Positions 9,443 to 18,660 of a DNA stretch of 48,244 bases are shown here, in pieces. This DNA is from an uncultured Gemmatimonadota bacterium. Lineage in GTDB: Bacteria; Blakebacterota; Blakebacteria; Blakebacterales; Blakebacteraceae. Both the position numbers and the translations under genes were made by a program. The DNA is taken from positions 1-48,244 of the forward strand of contig CAZNUA010000027.1 of the NCBI GenBank assembly GCA_964576115.1, written 5' to 3'. Below the pieces are notes generated by a model. That model was not told the origin of the DNA. It did no database searches and saw only the letters and a list, made by a program, of their open reading frames with translations. Position 1 is the stretch's first letter; each line of letters opens with the position of its first letter.

Positions 9443-10831
9443 TCAGAAGGGGGGCTGGATTCCGAAGGGGGGCAGGGTGAGGTCGGGATCGCTGGCCCAG
9501 CGGGGGATGAAGATCCCGCGTCGGGCCGCGGCATAGCCGACGTCGACACCGAGCCAGGCGGAGAGTGAATCGCAGACCGCCTGCTGTTGGTCGAGGTCTC
9601 CGATCCGCACCCGGTGATCGCCCCCCGGCTGCATGACGAAGAGGGCGTTCGTGAGGCCGGTCGGTCGCACCGCCCGGGCGCTCCACGGATCGATACCGCC
9701 GTAAATGTAGATGATGTTGTTTCCCTCGGTGAGCAGCCAGGTATAGACGTCGAGCACGGTCGTGGGATCGTAGGTGATCCCGGGGTCGTTACCCTCGTTA
9801 TAAGAGTAGACGAGCAGGTCGCTCAGGTGCTCGATCGCCTTGGCCGGATACCCCAGTTCGGCCTGGGCCTGGTAGTAGTACGGCTCGAAGAAGGTATAGC
9901 CCTCATCGGAGGAGCGGTCGAGTTTGGACACGGCGGCGAAGTGCTCGAAGGCCACCGAATCGATATAGGCGGGCAGGGGGATGGTCGTGCAGTCGCGGTC
10001 GTGGTACTGCCAGAAGTTCCAGGTATAACTGGTGACCCGGCTTTCGAAGAGTTGATCGACATCGCCCGAGAAGGTCAGACTGTGCCGCTCAAACCAGGGC
10101 ATGACCATGGCGGTGAAGGTTTCCCGATTCGTCAGCAGACGGCGTTGAAAAGCACTCAGGTCGGCCCGGCACGCGGCTGTTCCCACGGTCTCGAAGAAGG
10201 ACGGAAACTCCCAGTCGGGAGCCCCGAACACCAGCGGAGCGACATAGGCCACGGTGGCGGTGACGTCATCGGGGTAAAAACGCCGGTGGAACAGAGCGGT
10301 CTCGCCGCTCTTGCTTCCCCCCGTGGTCAGCCACGGTCCGTCGTAGATCCTTTTGAGCAGGCGGATGATCCGGTGGTGATCGGCGGCTGACTGCCGGATC
10401 GTCAGGTAGCGGTAGTCGGCCGGGTCGGGGCGGGCGTCCTCGAAGTACCGGTGGACCGCGCTCAGGTGATTGCTCTGCATGATCCCAGCCAGCTCGGCGA
10501 CGAACTCGGGCGAGATGCCGTACCCGTTGGTGGAGAACACCATCGGCAGGGACTCGTCGGCATGGCTCAGATAGAGCCGTTGGGTGAACGTCCGTCCGTC
10601 GGGATGGTTGTGATCGACCGGTTGCCGGAAATCGATCTGGAAAGCGTGGGGGTACCCGTACCGGGATTCGATCTCGGTCACTGTGACACCGGGCAGGGCC
10701 TGCAGGCGGCCCAGGATATCGGTGGGAGCCGGTTGGGTGGGCTGGCGGGTACAGGCGGTCAGCAGCGCCAGCAGGAAGGCTGCCGCGACACCGGTATGGC
10801 GCAGCCTGTCGGCGCGGTCGGGACGGATCAT
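9443..10831 (-). CDS. S37/S28-like serine peptidase (alpha/beta hydrolase) lipoprotein
   Basis: QPVDHNHPDGRTFTQR, HRYF, LTIRQSAADHH, nucleophile motif GGSKSG, IYIYGGIDPW, GGDH; LTAC lipobox; GGAG 6 nt before ATG 10831. Confidence 0.88.
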   Translation of the reverse strand: MIRPDRADRLRHTGVAAAFLLALLTACTRQPTQPAPTDILGRLQALPGVTVTEIESRYGYPHAFQIDFRQPVDHNHPDGRTFTQRLYLSHADESLPMVFSTNGYGISPEFVAELAGIMQSNHLSAVHRYFEDARPDPADYRYLTIRQSAADHHRIIRLLKRIYDGPWLTTGGSKSGETALFHRRFYPDDVTATVAYVAPLVFGAPDWEFPSFFETVGTAACRADLSAFQRRLLTNRETFTAMVMPWFERHSLTFSGDVDQLFESRVTSYTWNFWQYHDRDCTTIPLPAYIDSVAFEHFAAVSKLDRSSDEGYTFFEPYYYQAQAELGYPAKAIEHLSDLLVYSYNEGNDPGITYDPTTVLDVYTWLLTEGNNIIYIYGGIDPWSARAVRPTGLTNALFVMQPGGDHRVRIGDLDQQQAVCDSLSAWLGVDVGYAAARRGIFIPRWASDPDLTLPPFGIQPPF

Positions 10832-10906
10832 GGTCGGCTCCATTCGCACAGCCGGGCCGGCTCTGCTCGGGGAAAGGCTGCCGACAGGCAGCTGTCTTTT
10901 CCGTAG

Positions 10907-10932
10907 AACGGGACGTCCGACAGAGAGGTTCT
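10907..10932 (-). promoter_or_regulatory. Putative ECF-sigma promoter AGAAC-N17-CGTT
   Basis: Same AAC-N17-CGT spacing as the motifs at 3658-3684 and 12278-12303; upstream of the peptidase gene on the correct strand. Confidence 0.4.
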
Positions 10933-11075
10933 GTTTATCCGGTGCGACCTGGCCGGACCCGGGGCTTTGAGGTATTCCGATCGCCGACCGGTATGGTAGA
11001 CTCGCGTGACGGACGGGAGAGGGGCCGATCCGGACAGGAGAGACCGGGAACTACCGGGCGGAGGTGACGGTTACC

Positions 11076-12251
11076 ATGGACAGGTGCACCCTCGTGATCC
11101 TGGCGCTTCTCATCCCGTGGGCGGTCGGGTTGAGCGGCTGCAGCGACGCCGGCCGGAGCGGTTTCGTCGAGCGGATCTCCAACGGGGTGACGGTCCGCAG
11201 CTACCGGACCGCCACCCCGCCCGAGACCGATCCCTATCGACTGGGACCGCCGCACACCTTCGGGGCCGACCAGGGTCCTGACACCTACCTGCTCTCGAGC
11301 GCCGATTACCTGGGCGAGTCGGCCGACGGTCGGGTCTATCTGCTCGACATCAGGAGCCACCTGATCCACATCTTCGCCGGCGACGCAACTCATCTCGGTG
11401 CCTTCGGCGGCCTGGGCGCAGGGCCGGGGGAGTTCAGCCGGGGCGGGCTCCACGCCTGGGTTCATGAGGACGAGATTCTCGTCTGGGACCGGCTGATGCA
11501 CCGGCTATCCATCTTCGATCACACGAACGTCTCCCAGGGCTCCCGGCAGATCAACGGACTGAGCAGCAATGACTATGTCGTACCGTACCTCTACGGCGGC
11601 GAACGCCGGTATCTGGCCGTAACCTATTTCAGAACCATCGGTCCCGAGATCCAGAACTACCTGCTGAAGCTGGTCCCCCTCACCGTCGATTTCGAACCGG
11701 CGGCGACGCTTCTGGATACGTTCATGTATTCCCCGGTCGATCGGATCGGCAATCGGTCGGTGCTGCCGCCTTTCACCCTGCTGGGGGCAATGATGGCGAT
11801 CGCACCCGATCTGCCGGTGGCCCTCTGGTGGCCGGGGGCCTACCGGATCGACTTCCTGGATCCATGGAGCGGCGAACAGTGGGCGACCGAACTGCCGATC
11901 GCGCCCCGTCCGGTCACCCGCGAGCTGCGGGAGTGGCGGATCGGGTACTTCTCCGACAGCGGTCTTGAAGCCGAGGCCCGCAGGGGACTGCATTTCCCGA
12001 CCCATCTGCCACACATCGGCACGCTGACCTGGAGCGAGGACGGGCGACTCTGGGTGATGGACTCCGAACCGATTCCGGAAGAGGCGGTGTCATACGGATA
12101 CAATGTCTTCAGCCGCGAGGGGGAGTGGCTCTTCCGGCAGACCCTGCCGGTCCGCCTCGATGCCTGTACGGCCGACGGGATCTGGGTCAGGGGAGAACGG
12201 GAGGATGGCGCGCCGATACTCGAATTCCATCCCTTCGTGAAGGAGTGGTGA
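11076..12251 (+). CDS. 6-bladed beta-propeller (NHL-like) lipoprotein
   Basis: GGAGGTG RBS; LSGC lipobox; DGRVYLLD, GGLGAGPGEF, EDGRLWV, YNVFSREGEWL. Confidence 0.8.
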   Translation: MDRCTLVILALLIPWAVGLSGCSDAGRSGFVERISNGVTVRSYRTATPPETDPYRLGPPHTFGADQGPDTYLLSSADYLGESADGRVYLLDIRSHLIHIFAGDATHLGAFGGLGAGPGEFSRGGLHAWVHEDEILVWDRLMHRLSIFDHTNVSQGSRQINGLSSNDYVVPYLYGGERRYLAVTYFRTIGPEIQNYLLKLVPLTVDFEPAATLLDTFMYSPVDRIGNRSVLPPFTLLGAMMAIAPDLPVALWWPGAYRIDFLDPWSGEQWATELPIAPRPVTRELREWRIGYFSDSGLEAEARRGLHFPTHLPHIGTLTWSEDGRLWVMDSEPIPEEAVSYGYNVFSREGEWLFRQTLPVRLDACTADGIWVRGEREDGAPILEFHPFVKEW

Positions 12252-12277
12252 GAGGAGAGTGTTCTGCCGACAGGACG

Positions 12278-12303
12278 TGAACCGTCGAGGAGTTCTGATC
12301 GTC
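12278..12303 (+). promoter_or_regulatory. Putative ECF-sigma promoter TGAAC-N17-CGTC
   Basis: In the intergenic region upstream of the TPR-GWxTD-like pair. Confidence 0.45.
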
Positions 12304-12422
12304 CCAATGACAGGGTATTCTCGATCGCTGAGTGCACCGCTTCGTCAGCACGGTAACGTATCGAGCGTCATTGCGGAACGGTGGATAAAGAACACCGGAG
12401 TGCGGTGATACAGGTGAACGGA

Positions 12423-14687
12423 ATGCGATACCGAAGGTGCCGGGCAGGTCTCGTCGCGGGACTGGGTCTGGCAATTCTCGCAATCCCTCTACAGGCCGGG
12501 GGTGACGGTGTCAAGCGGTCCTCTGCCGGGATGGCGCTCGTCCCGGTGGCCGCCGACCAGCAGCCGCTACCGATCGCCGCTCTGTGCGACAGCGGCTACG
12601 CCCGGCTCGAGCGGGGCGATGTCGAGGGCGCCCGGGCCCTCTTCGTGCAGGCGCTGGAACGCGAGCGGGAGTACCCCCGGGCCGTGCTGGGGATGGGGCG
12701 GGTCTGGCTCGAAACCGAGAACGGCGTCGAGCGGGCGCTGGAGTACCTGCGCCAGGCCACCGCGCTCTCCCCGACCGACCCCGCCACTCACTACTGGCGG
12801 GCCCTGGCTCACCTCAAACTCGCTCCCGGCGATCTGGGGCGTCAGAACGCCACCGCAGCCCGCGAAGAACTGGAACTGGTCCTCGCGCTGGATCCCTCTC
12901 ACTCCGATGCCGCCTTCCGGCTCGGGTATCTGCTGCGCGAGGTGCTCTTCGAGCCCGAGGAGGCCACCGCTCTCTATCGCCGGCAGATTGCGGCCTTCCC
13001 CGACCACCGGGAGGCCCGGCTCGAACTGCTGATCCTGCTCACCGAGAGGGGGGAGTGGTATGAAGCGGTCGAGATCGGAACCGCCCTCGTCGAGCGCTTC
13101 CCCGAGGCGCGCGAAGCGTATCCCTACCTGGCCGGCGTGTACTGGAAGCTCGAGCAGTACGCCGAGGCCATGGACGTCTTCGAGCTCTACTTCGGTCTGA
13201 TCGAACCGCAGGAAATGGCCCTCTATCTCGATATGTCACTGATCCTGACGCCGACAGAGCAGCGGGAATACGACTCCCTCGACGAAGCGGGCCGGCGCAC
13301 CTTCCGGGCGCACTACTGGGGCAAGCGCGATCCCGACCCGCAGACGATGGTCAACGAGCGCCTGCTCGAACACTTCATCCGGGTAGCCTGGGCGCGCCTC
13401 GAATTCGGACAGACCGAGTGGCCGTGGGACGGCCGGGGCAGATTCTATGTGCGATACGGCGAACCCGACATCCGGGCCAAACGGGGTCAGCCGTACGCCT
13501 TCGAACTGGTTGACGACGATTATGACTTTCTCATGCGCAAGCGCGATTTCTACGAGAGTATGGGGATATCATCCGATCTCTACATGGGCGCTGGAGATGA
13601 GGACATCGGCGCTCAGGGCCGGATGGGTTTCGTTGCCGCCTCCCAGGAGGGTCAGGAGGGTTCGAGCTTGCTGGCCGGCCGCGATCCCGAACGCTGGATA
13701 TACCTCGATGAGGCTATCGACATCCACTTCGTCGACGATATCGGCGCCGGAGCGTACTTCACCTCCTCCCCCCTCGACCGGCAGACAGAGGCCCAGATGG
13801 AGGTCCGTCTGCCGACCATGAGCGAGGAGGAAGAGAAGATCGAGGTCATCGACCCGATGGATTCGGTCGTGACATTCAAGGGCGAGGGAGGCCGGACGGT
13901 GGTCGAGTACGCCTTCGCCCTGCTCCCCGACGAGTTCGGGGCCTTCCGGAGCGTGACGGGCGCCTATGCCACCCTCGATGTGGAGGTCAAGCTCTTCAGC
14001 CCGGCCTGGGAGGAGATCACCGGGGTGGGGGAGAAGTCACGACGGCTCGAAACGGTACCCCAGGTCCGGATACGCGGTATTCCCCTCTTTGTCGACGCTA
14101 CCAGGATCGAGGTCGAACCGGGGGAATACATTCTCAGCACCATGCTGCTCGATCCCGTTTCAGGCCGGCGGGCCACGGCCGAGGAACAGGTCGAACTGCC
14201 CGATTACTCCGGGTCCGAGCTTATCGTCTCGAACATCCTGCCCGCCGCCCGCATCCGTGAGATCGGGCCGGGGCAAGAGGGACGTTTCGTGCGGGGCGAA
14301 CTCGAGGTTCTGCCCCTGCCCGGGCGGGCTCTGCAGGCCGACCAGCCGCTCTACATCTACTACGAGATCTACAACCTGACCCGCGATACGTTCGGATCCA
14401 CCTCCTATACCATCGACTACTCGGTGGCCGAAGCCCCCGAGGGTCAGGCCCTGGCAACCCGTCTGTTCCAGGGGCTGGGCAGTCTGGTGGGGCTGCGGCG
14501 CGGCCGGGCGGTGGTCTCGAGCACCATCCCGGGCAGCGGCATCAGTAGCGACCTGCAGACCTGGCTTGAAATCGACCTGGGCGGGATCCCCCCCGACACC
14601 TACGAACTGCGGCTCACGGTGACCGATGAGAACAGCGGCGAAAAGGCGACCTCATCGCTCATCTTCCGGACCCTGCCGCTGCGCTGA
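12423..14687 (+). CDS. Secreted TPR + GWxTD-like domain protein (paralog 1)
   Basis: Signal peptide MRYRRCRAGLVAGLGLAILAIPLQA; TPR repeats; YWGKRDPDPQTMVNERLLEHFIRVAWA..WPWDGRGRFYVRYGEPD; C-terminal beta-sandwich region. Start may instead be GTG 12381. Confidence 0.85.
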   Translation: MRYRRCRAGLVAGLGLAILAIPLQAGGDGVKRSSAGMALVPVAADQQPLPIAALCDSGYARLERGDVEGARALFVQALEREREYPRAVLGMGRVWLETENGVERALEYLRQATALSPTDPATHYWRALAHLKLAPGDLGRQNATAAREELELVLALDPSHSDAAFRLGYLLREVLFEPEEATALYRRQIAAFPDHREARLELLILLTERGEWYEAVEIGTALVERFPEAREAYPYLAGVYWKLEQYAEAMDVFELYFGLIEPQEMALYLDMSLILTPTEQREYDSLDEAGRRTFRAHYWGKRDPDPQTMVNERLLEHFIRVAWARLEFGQTEWPWDGRGRFYVRYGEPDIRAKRGQPYAFELVDDDYDFLMRKRDFYESMGISSDLYMGAGDEDIGAQGRMGFVAASQEGQEGSSLLAGRDPERWIYLDEAIDIHFVDDIGAGAYFTSSPLDRQTEAQMEVRLPTMSEEEEKIEVIDPMDSVVTFKGEGGRTVVEYAFALLPDEFGAFRSVTGAYATLDVEVKLFSPAWEEITGVGEKSRRLETVPQVRIRGIPLFVDATRIEVEPGEYILSTMLLDPVSGRRATAEEQVELPDYSGSELIVSNILPAARIREIGPGQEGRFVRGELEVLPLPGRALQADQPLYIYYEIYNLTRDTFGSTSYTIDYSVAEAPEGQALATRLFQGLGSLVGLRRGRAVVSSTIPGSGISSDLQTWLEIDLGGIPPDTYELRLTVTDENSGEKATSSLIFRTLPLR

Positions 14688-14743
14688 TGGATCGATCGGA
14701 CCCGATCCCGCTGCCAGCGAGACAGAAGGAGAGAGAGAGAACC

Positions 14744-17137
14744 ATGAAACGTGTGCCCGCCGACCTTTCCTCACGCCACGGTCTCACCTCTGTTCTTCCG
14801 ATCGCTCTGCTTGCCCTGCTCCCCCTGGTACCGCTCCGGGCATCGTTGTCCGCATCGGGGCCGGACCTCTCCCTGCTGCCCGCCGCCGTCCAGGTCGATC
14901 CTCACGCCGCGACCTGCGATTCCGGGTTCGCCCGGCTCGAGCGCGACGATGTCGCGGGCGCCCGCGAACTCTTCGAGTCGGTCCTGCACCGCGAGCCGCG
15001 CCACCCCCGGGCTCTGCTCGGCATGGGCCAGGCGCTGGTTCTCTCTCCCGCCGGAGGCGAGCGGGCGATCGATCTGCTGATCCAGGCTACAGAGCTTCTG
15101 CCACTCGATCCGGCGGCCTACTACTGGCGAGCCCGGGCGCACATGAAACTGGCCTATACCGACTTCGGGACCGACAACGCCCGGGCCGCGGAGAGAAACC
15201 TTCGTAACACCCTCGATCTGGATCCCTCGCATGGCGATGCTCACTACCAGATGGGTATGGTCTACCGTGATTTTCTGCGCGATTACGACGCTGCTGAAGC
15301 CGAGTTCCATAACCAGATCGACACCAACCCCGCCCACATGGATGCCCGCTACGATCTGATCCGCCTCTGCATGGATACGGGGAAGTGGAATGAGGCCGTC
15401 GAGGCCGCCGAGGAGATGCTGGCCCGGAACCCCGGAGAACTGCGGGTCTACCCCTGGCTGGCCGGGGGACACTGGAAGTCGGAACGCTACGCCGAGGCGA
15501 TGGGTATCTTCGAACGCTACTTCGCCCTCATGCCGCCCGAGGAAGCCGCCCTGTACCTCGACCTGAGCCTGGTTCTCGAGACTGAAGAAATGCGGGAGTA
15601 CGAACGGCTCGATCCAGCCGGACAGCGTGCCTACTGGGCGCACTACTGGCGCAGCCGCGATCCCGATCCGAAAACCGATGTCAACGAGCGTCTGCTCGAG
15701 CACTATATCCGAGTGGCCTACGCGCGCCTGGAGTTCGGCGCCGAAGTCTGGCCGTGGGACGCCCGCGGCACCTTCTACGTGCGCTATGGCGAGCCCGACA
15801 TGCGCAGTGGCCGGGGCATGCCGGTGGCCTGGGATCTGGTCCTGGGCGATCCGGTCTGGCAGCGCAAGAAGCGCGAGCTACAGGATGAGATGGGGCTCTC
15901 GACCATCCTGCTGGAGACGAGCCGTTTCGACGCTCCGGAGTGGGATGCCGAGGAAATGGACAAGACCATCGTCGTGGCCCTGGCCGACTCGCTGTCGCAG
16001 GAACATCTCACCTGGGGGCTGTACGAATTGTGGGAGGAAGCTCTTCGATTGGCCCGCGATCGGCAGTTCCGGGCCTCGGCCAATCCCACCCCTGAACGGT
16101 GGGTCTATACCGACCGGGGACTCGACGTGGTTTTCGAGGACTATATCGGCCGGGGTGTGTACAACGTCTGGGGTCCGCGTGCACGGCAGCTGACTGCGCA
16201 GATGGAAAGGCGCCTGCCGACCATCAGCGTGGAGGAAGAGAAGATCGACATCATCGATCCGATGGATTCGATCATCACCTTCAGGGGTTCTGAGGGGAAG
16301 ACCGTGGTCGAGTACGCCTTCGGGCTGCTGCCCGAAGAATTCGGGGCCTTCCGTAGCGTGACCGGTGCCTACGCCACCATCGATGTGGATGTGGATCTCT
16401 ACACGACCGAATGGGAACACGTGGCCGGGGCGGGGGAGGAAGCCCGGCGCCTGGAGACGATCCCGCAGGTCAGCATCAGGGGGGTGCCGCTCTTCGTGGA
16501 TGCCACCCGTATGGAGGTCGACCCTGGCGAGTACAAACTCACCATCCTCCTGCTCGATCCCGAATCGGGCCGACGGGCCACCGCCGAGGAGATTCTCGAC
16601 CTGCCCGACTACAGTGGTTCGGAACTCATGGTCAGTGACATCCTTCCCGCCGCCAGCATCCGCGAGGTGGGATCGGGGATGACCGGGACTTTCATCCGCG
16701 GCGACCTCGAAGTGATCCCCCTGCCCGGGCGGGCCCTGCAAGCCGACCAGCCGCTCTTCATTTATTACGAGGTCTACAACCTGACCCGCGACAGCTTCGG
16801 GGCCACGCAGTACACCATCGACTACTCGGTCATGGAGGCTCCCGAACAACTGCCCATCGCGGCTCGGCTCTATCACGGTCTGCGCTCGCTGACCGGTCTG
16901 CGCCGGCGCCGCACGGCGGTGTCGAGCAGCTTCACCTCGAGCGGCATCCGTCCCGATCTGGCCGCGTATCTCGAGGTGGATGTGAGCAGCCTGCCCCCCG
17001 ATTCCTACGTGCTCGAACTGACCGTGACCGACGACGTGCGCAGCGAGAGTGTCACCAACTCCCTCATCTTCCGGACCCTGCCCCCGGTTCCGAGGCAGGA
17101 GCCGCCGGTATCGACCCGACCGCCCATCCGGCCTTGA
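14744..17137 (+). CDS. Secreted TPR + GWxTD-like domain protein (paralog 2)
   Basis: ATG 14744 after AAGGAG and a GA tract; YWRSRDPDPKTDVNERLLEHYIRVAYA..WPWDARGTFYVRYGEPD; C-terminal half highly similar to paralog 1. Confidence 0.85.
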   Translation: MKRVPADLSSRHGLTSVLPIALLALLPLVPLRASLSASGPDLSLLPAAVQVDPHAATCDSGFARLERDDVAGARELFESVLHREPRHPRALLGMGQALVLSPAGGERAIDLLIQATELLPLDPAAYYWRARAHMKLAYTDFGTDNARAAERNLRNTLDLDPSHGDAHYQMGMVYRDFLRDYDAAEAEFHNQIDTNPAHMDARYDLIRLCMDTGKWNEAVEAAEEMLARNPGELRVYPWLAGGHWKSERYAEAMGIFERYFALMPPEEAALYLDLSLVLETEEMREYERLDPAGQRAYWAHYWRSRDPDPKTDVNERLLEHYIRVAYARLEFGAEVWPWDARGTFYVRYGEPDMRSGRGMPVAWDLVLGDPVWQRKKRELQDEMGLSTILLETSRFDAPEWDAEEMDKTIVVALADSLSQEHLTWGLYELWEEALRLARDRQFRASANPTPERWVYTDRGLDVVFEDYIGRGVYNVWGPRARQLTAQMERRLPTISVEEEKIDIIDPMDSIITFRGSEGKTVVEYAFGLLPEEFGAFRSVTGAYATIDVDVDLYTTEWEHVAGAGEEARRLETIPQVSIRGVPLFVDATRMEVDPGEYKLTILLLDPESGRRATAEEILDLPDYSGSELMVSDILPAASIREVGSGMTGTFIRGDLEVIPLPGRALQADQPLFIYYEVYNLTRDSFGATQYTIDYSVMEAPEQLPIAARLYHGLRSLTGLRRRRTAVSSSFTSSGIRPDLAAYLEVDVSSLPPDSYVLELTVTDDVRSESVTNSLIFRTLPPVPRQEPPVSTRPPIRP

Positions 17138-17171
17138 TAGCTCTCTACGCTGGAACTGACCGGCGGGGCGA

Positions 17172-17200
17172 TTGACAGTCCGACAGACGCCATCTACGCT
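17172..17200 (+). promoter_or_regulatory. Sigma70-type promoter TTGACA-N17-TACGCT
   Basis: Consensus -35 and 17-bp spacer, upstream of the esterase RBS AGGAGG. Confidence 0.6.
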
Positions 17201-17246
17201 CATCAGGCTCACCCCCGCGTCCCCCCTGTAGCAGGAGGATCTACCC

Positions 17247-18479
17247 GTGTCCAAACCCGTTCTCCGGCGGGCTCGAACGCCCCGGCACCGGGGCGGCCCC
17301 GTCGCGGTCCTGCTCCTGGCCTGCGGAGGCCTGCTCCCGCTCATTATCGCAGCGCTCCCGACCGCTCCCGGCGTCCGGGCCGTCATTGATGTCCAGCGCG
17401 GGGGACAGTCACCGGCGGTCGTCTCCCCCGACGTCAGGCCTGGCCGACGGGTGGTCTTCCGGATCCGTGCTCCGCAGGCCACCGAAGTCCGTCTGGTCGC
17501 AGGCGACATCCCCGACAACAGGCGGGGAGCGCCCATGGTCCGTGGCGAAGAAGACATATGGGAGGTCACCCTCGGTCCGCTCGGGGCGGGCGCCTACCGC
17601 TACAATTTCAACGTGGACGGCGTCTCGGTGATCGATCCCCGTAATCCGGCGGTGAGCGAGTCGAACAACAACGTCTGGAGTCTGGTCTATGTTCCCGGTT
17701 CCGATTTCATGGACCTGCGGGAGGTACCCCATGGCGCGGTTGCGGAAGTTCCCTATTACTCGGGGAGCCTGGGCACCTTCCGGCGTCTGCATGTCTACAC
17801 CCCGCCGGGTTATGAGCAGAGCCGGGACCGCTATCCGGTCTTCTACCTGCTCCATGGGGCCGGTGACTGTGATGATGCGTGGAGTTCGGTCGGGCGGGCC
17901 GGGATCATCCTGGACAATCTGATCGCCGCCGGGCGAGCCCGTCCGATGGTCCTCGTCATGCCATCCGGTCACATCCGTCCCTGGGAATCGGAACCGGAGC
18001 CGACCCCGGCCGCCGGCGCCTTCGAGCAGGACTTCCTGGCCGATATCATGCCCTTCGTCCAGGAGCACTACCGCGTCTATTCCGACCAGGGTCATCGGGC
18101 GATAGCCGGCCTCTCCATGGGAGGGAGCCAGACACTCAACATCGTCTTCTCCGATCTGGAGCAGTTTGGTTACGTCGGGGTCTTCAGTTCCGGGTTGATC
18201 GGTTCCTTCGGTCGCCGGCGCAGCGGTGCCGAGTCGGACGCTCCGAGCTGGGAGGAGCGCCATGCCGGTGTCCTGGAGGATGCCCGGCTCCGGGCAGGCC
18301 TCCAGCTGCTCTGGTTCGCCACCGGGCGGGAGGATTTCCTGATCGAGACCTCACGAAGCACGGTCGAGATGCTGCGCAGCCACGGTTTCGGGGTCGACTA
18401 CCACGAAAGCGAGGGTGGCCATACCTGGCTCAACTGGCGCGATTACCTGCAGCAGTTCGCTCCGGTACTGTTCCGCTGA
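17247..18479 (+). CDS. Esterase (CE1/Fes-like alpha/beta hydrolase with N-terminal CBM48/E-set domain), exported
   Basis: YRYNFNVDGVSVIDPRN, VPHGAV, HVYTPPGYE, YPVFYLLHG, AIAGLSMGG, GGHTWLNWRDYL. Confidence 0.9.
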   Translation: MSKPVLRRARTPRHRGGPVAVLLLACGGLLPLIIAALPTAPGVRAVIDVQRGGQSPAVVSPDVRPGRRVVFRIRAPQATEVRLVAGDIPDNRRGAPMVRGEEDIWEVTLGPLGAGAYRYNFNVDGVSVIDPRNPAVSESNNNVWSLVYVPGSDFMDLREVPHGAVAEVPYYSGSLGTFRRLHVYTPPGYEQSRDRYPVFYLLHGAGDCDDAWSSVGRAGIILDNLIAAGRARPMVLVMPSGHIRPWESEPEPTPAAGAFEQDFLADIMPFVQEHYRVYSDQGHRAIAGLSMGGSQTLNIVFSDLEQFGYVGVFSSGLIGSFGRRRSGAESDAPSWEERHAGVLEDARLRAGLQLLWFATGREDFLIETSRSTVEMLRSHGFGVDYHESEGGHTWLNWRDYLQQFAPVLFR

Positions 18480-18660
18480 TCCGGTTCTGACCGGCACCTT
18501 TGTGTGCTGAAAGTGAATGCGGACCGGCTCGGTATTGATAGCCTGCCACTGACGGGAGTACTCTCCCGGTAGTTCCCGTTCTGCGGACCAGAGAAAGCGA
18601 TCCGCCTGCTGATCCGAGATCCTGAAGGAACAAAGAACCTGAGCTCTGGAGTCCGTCATC

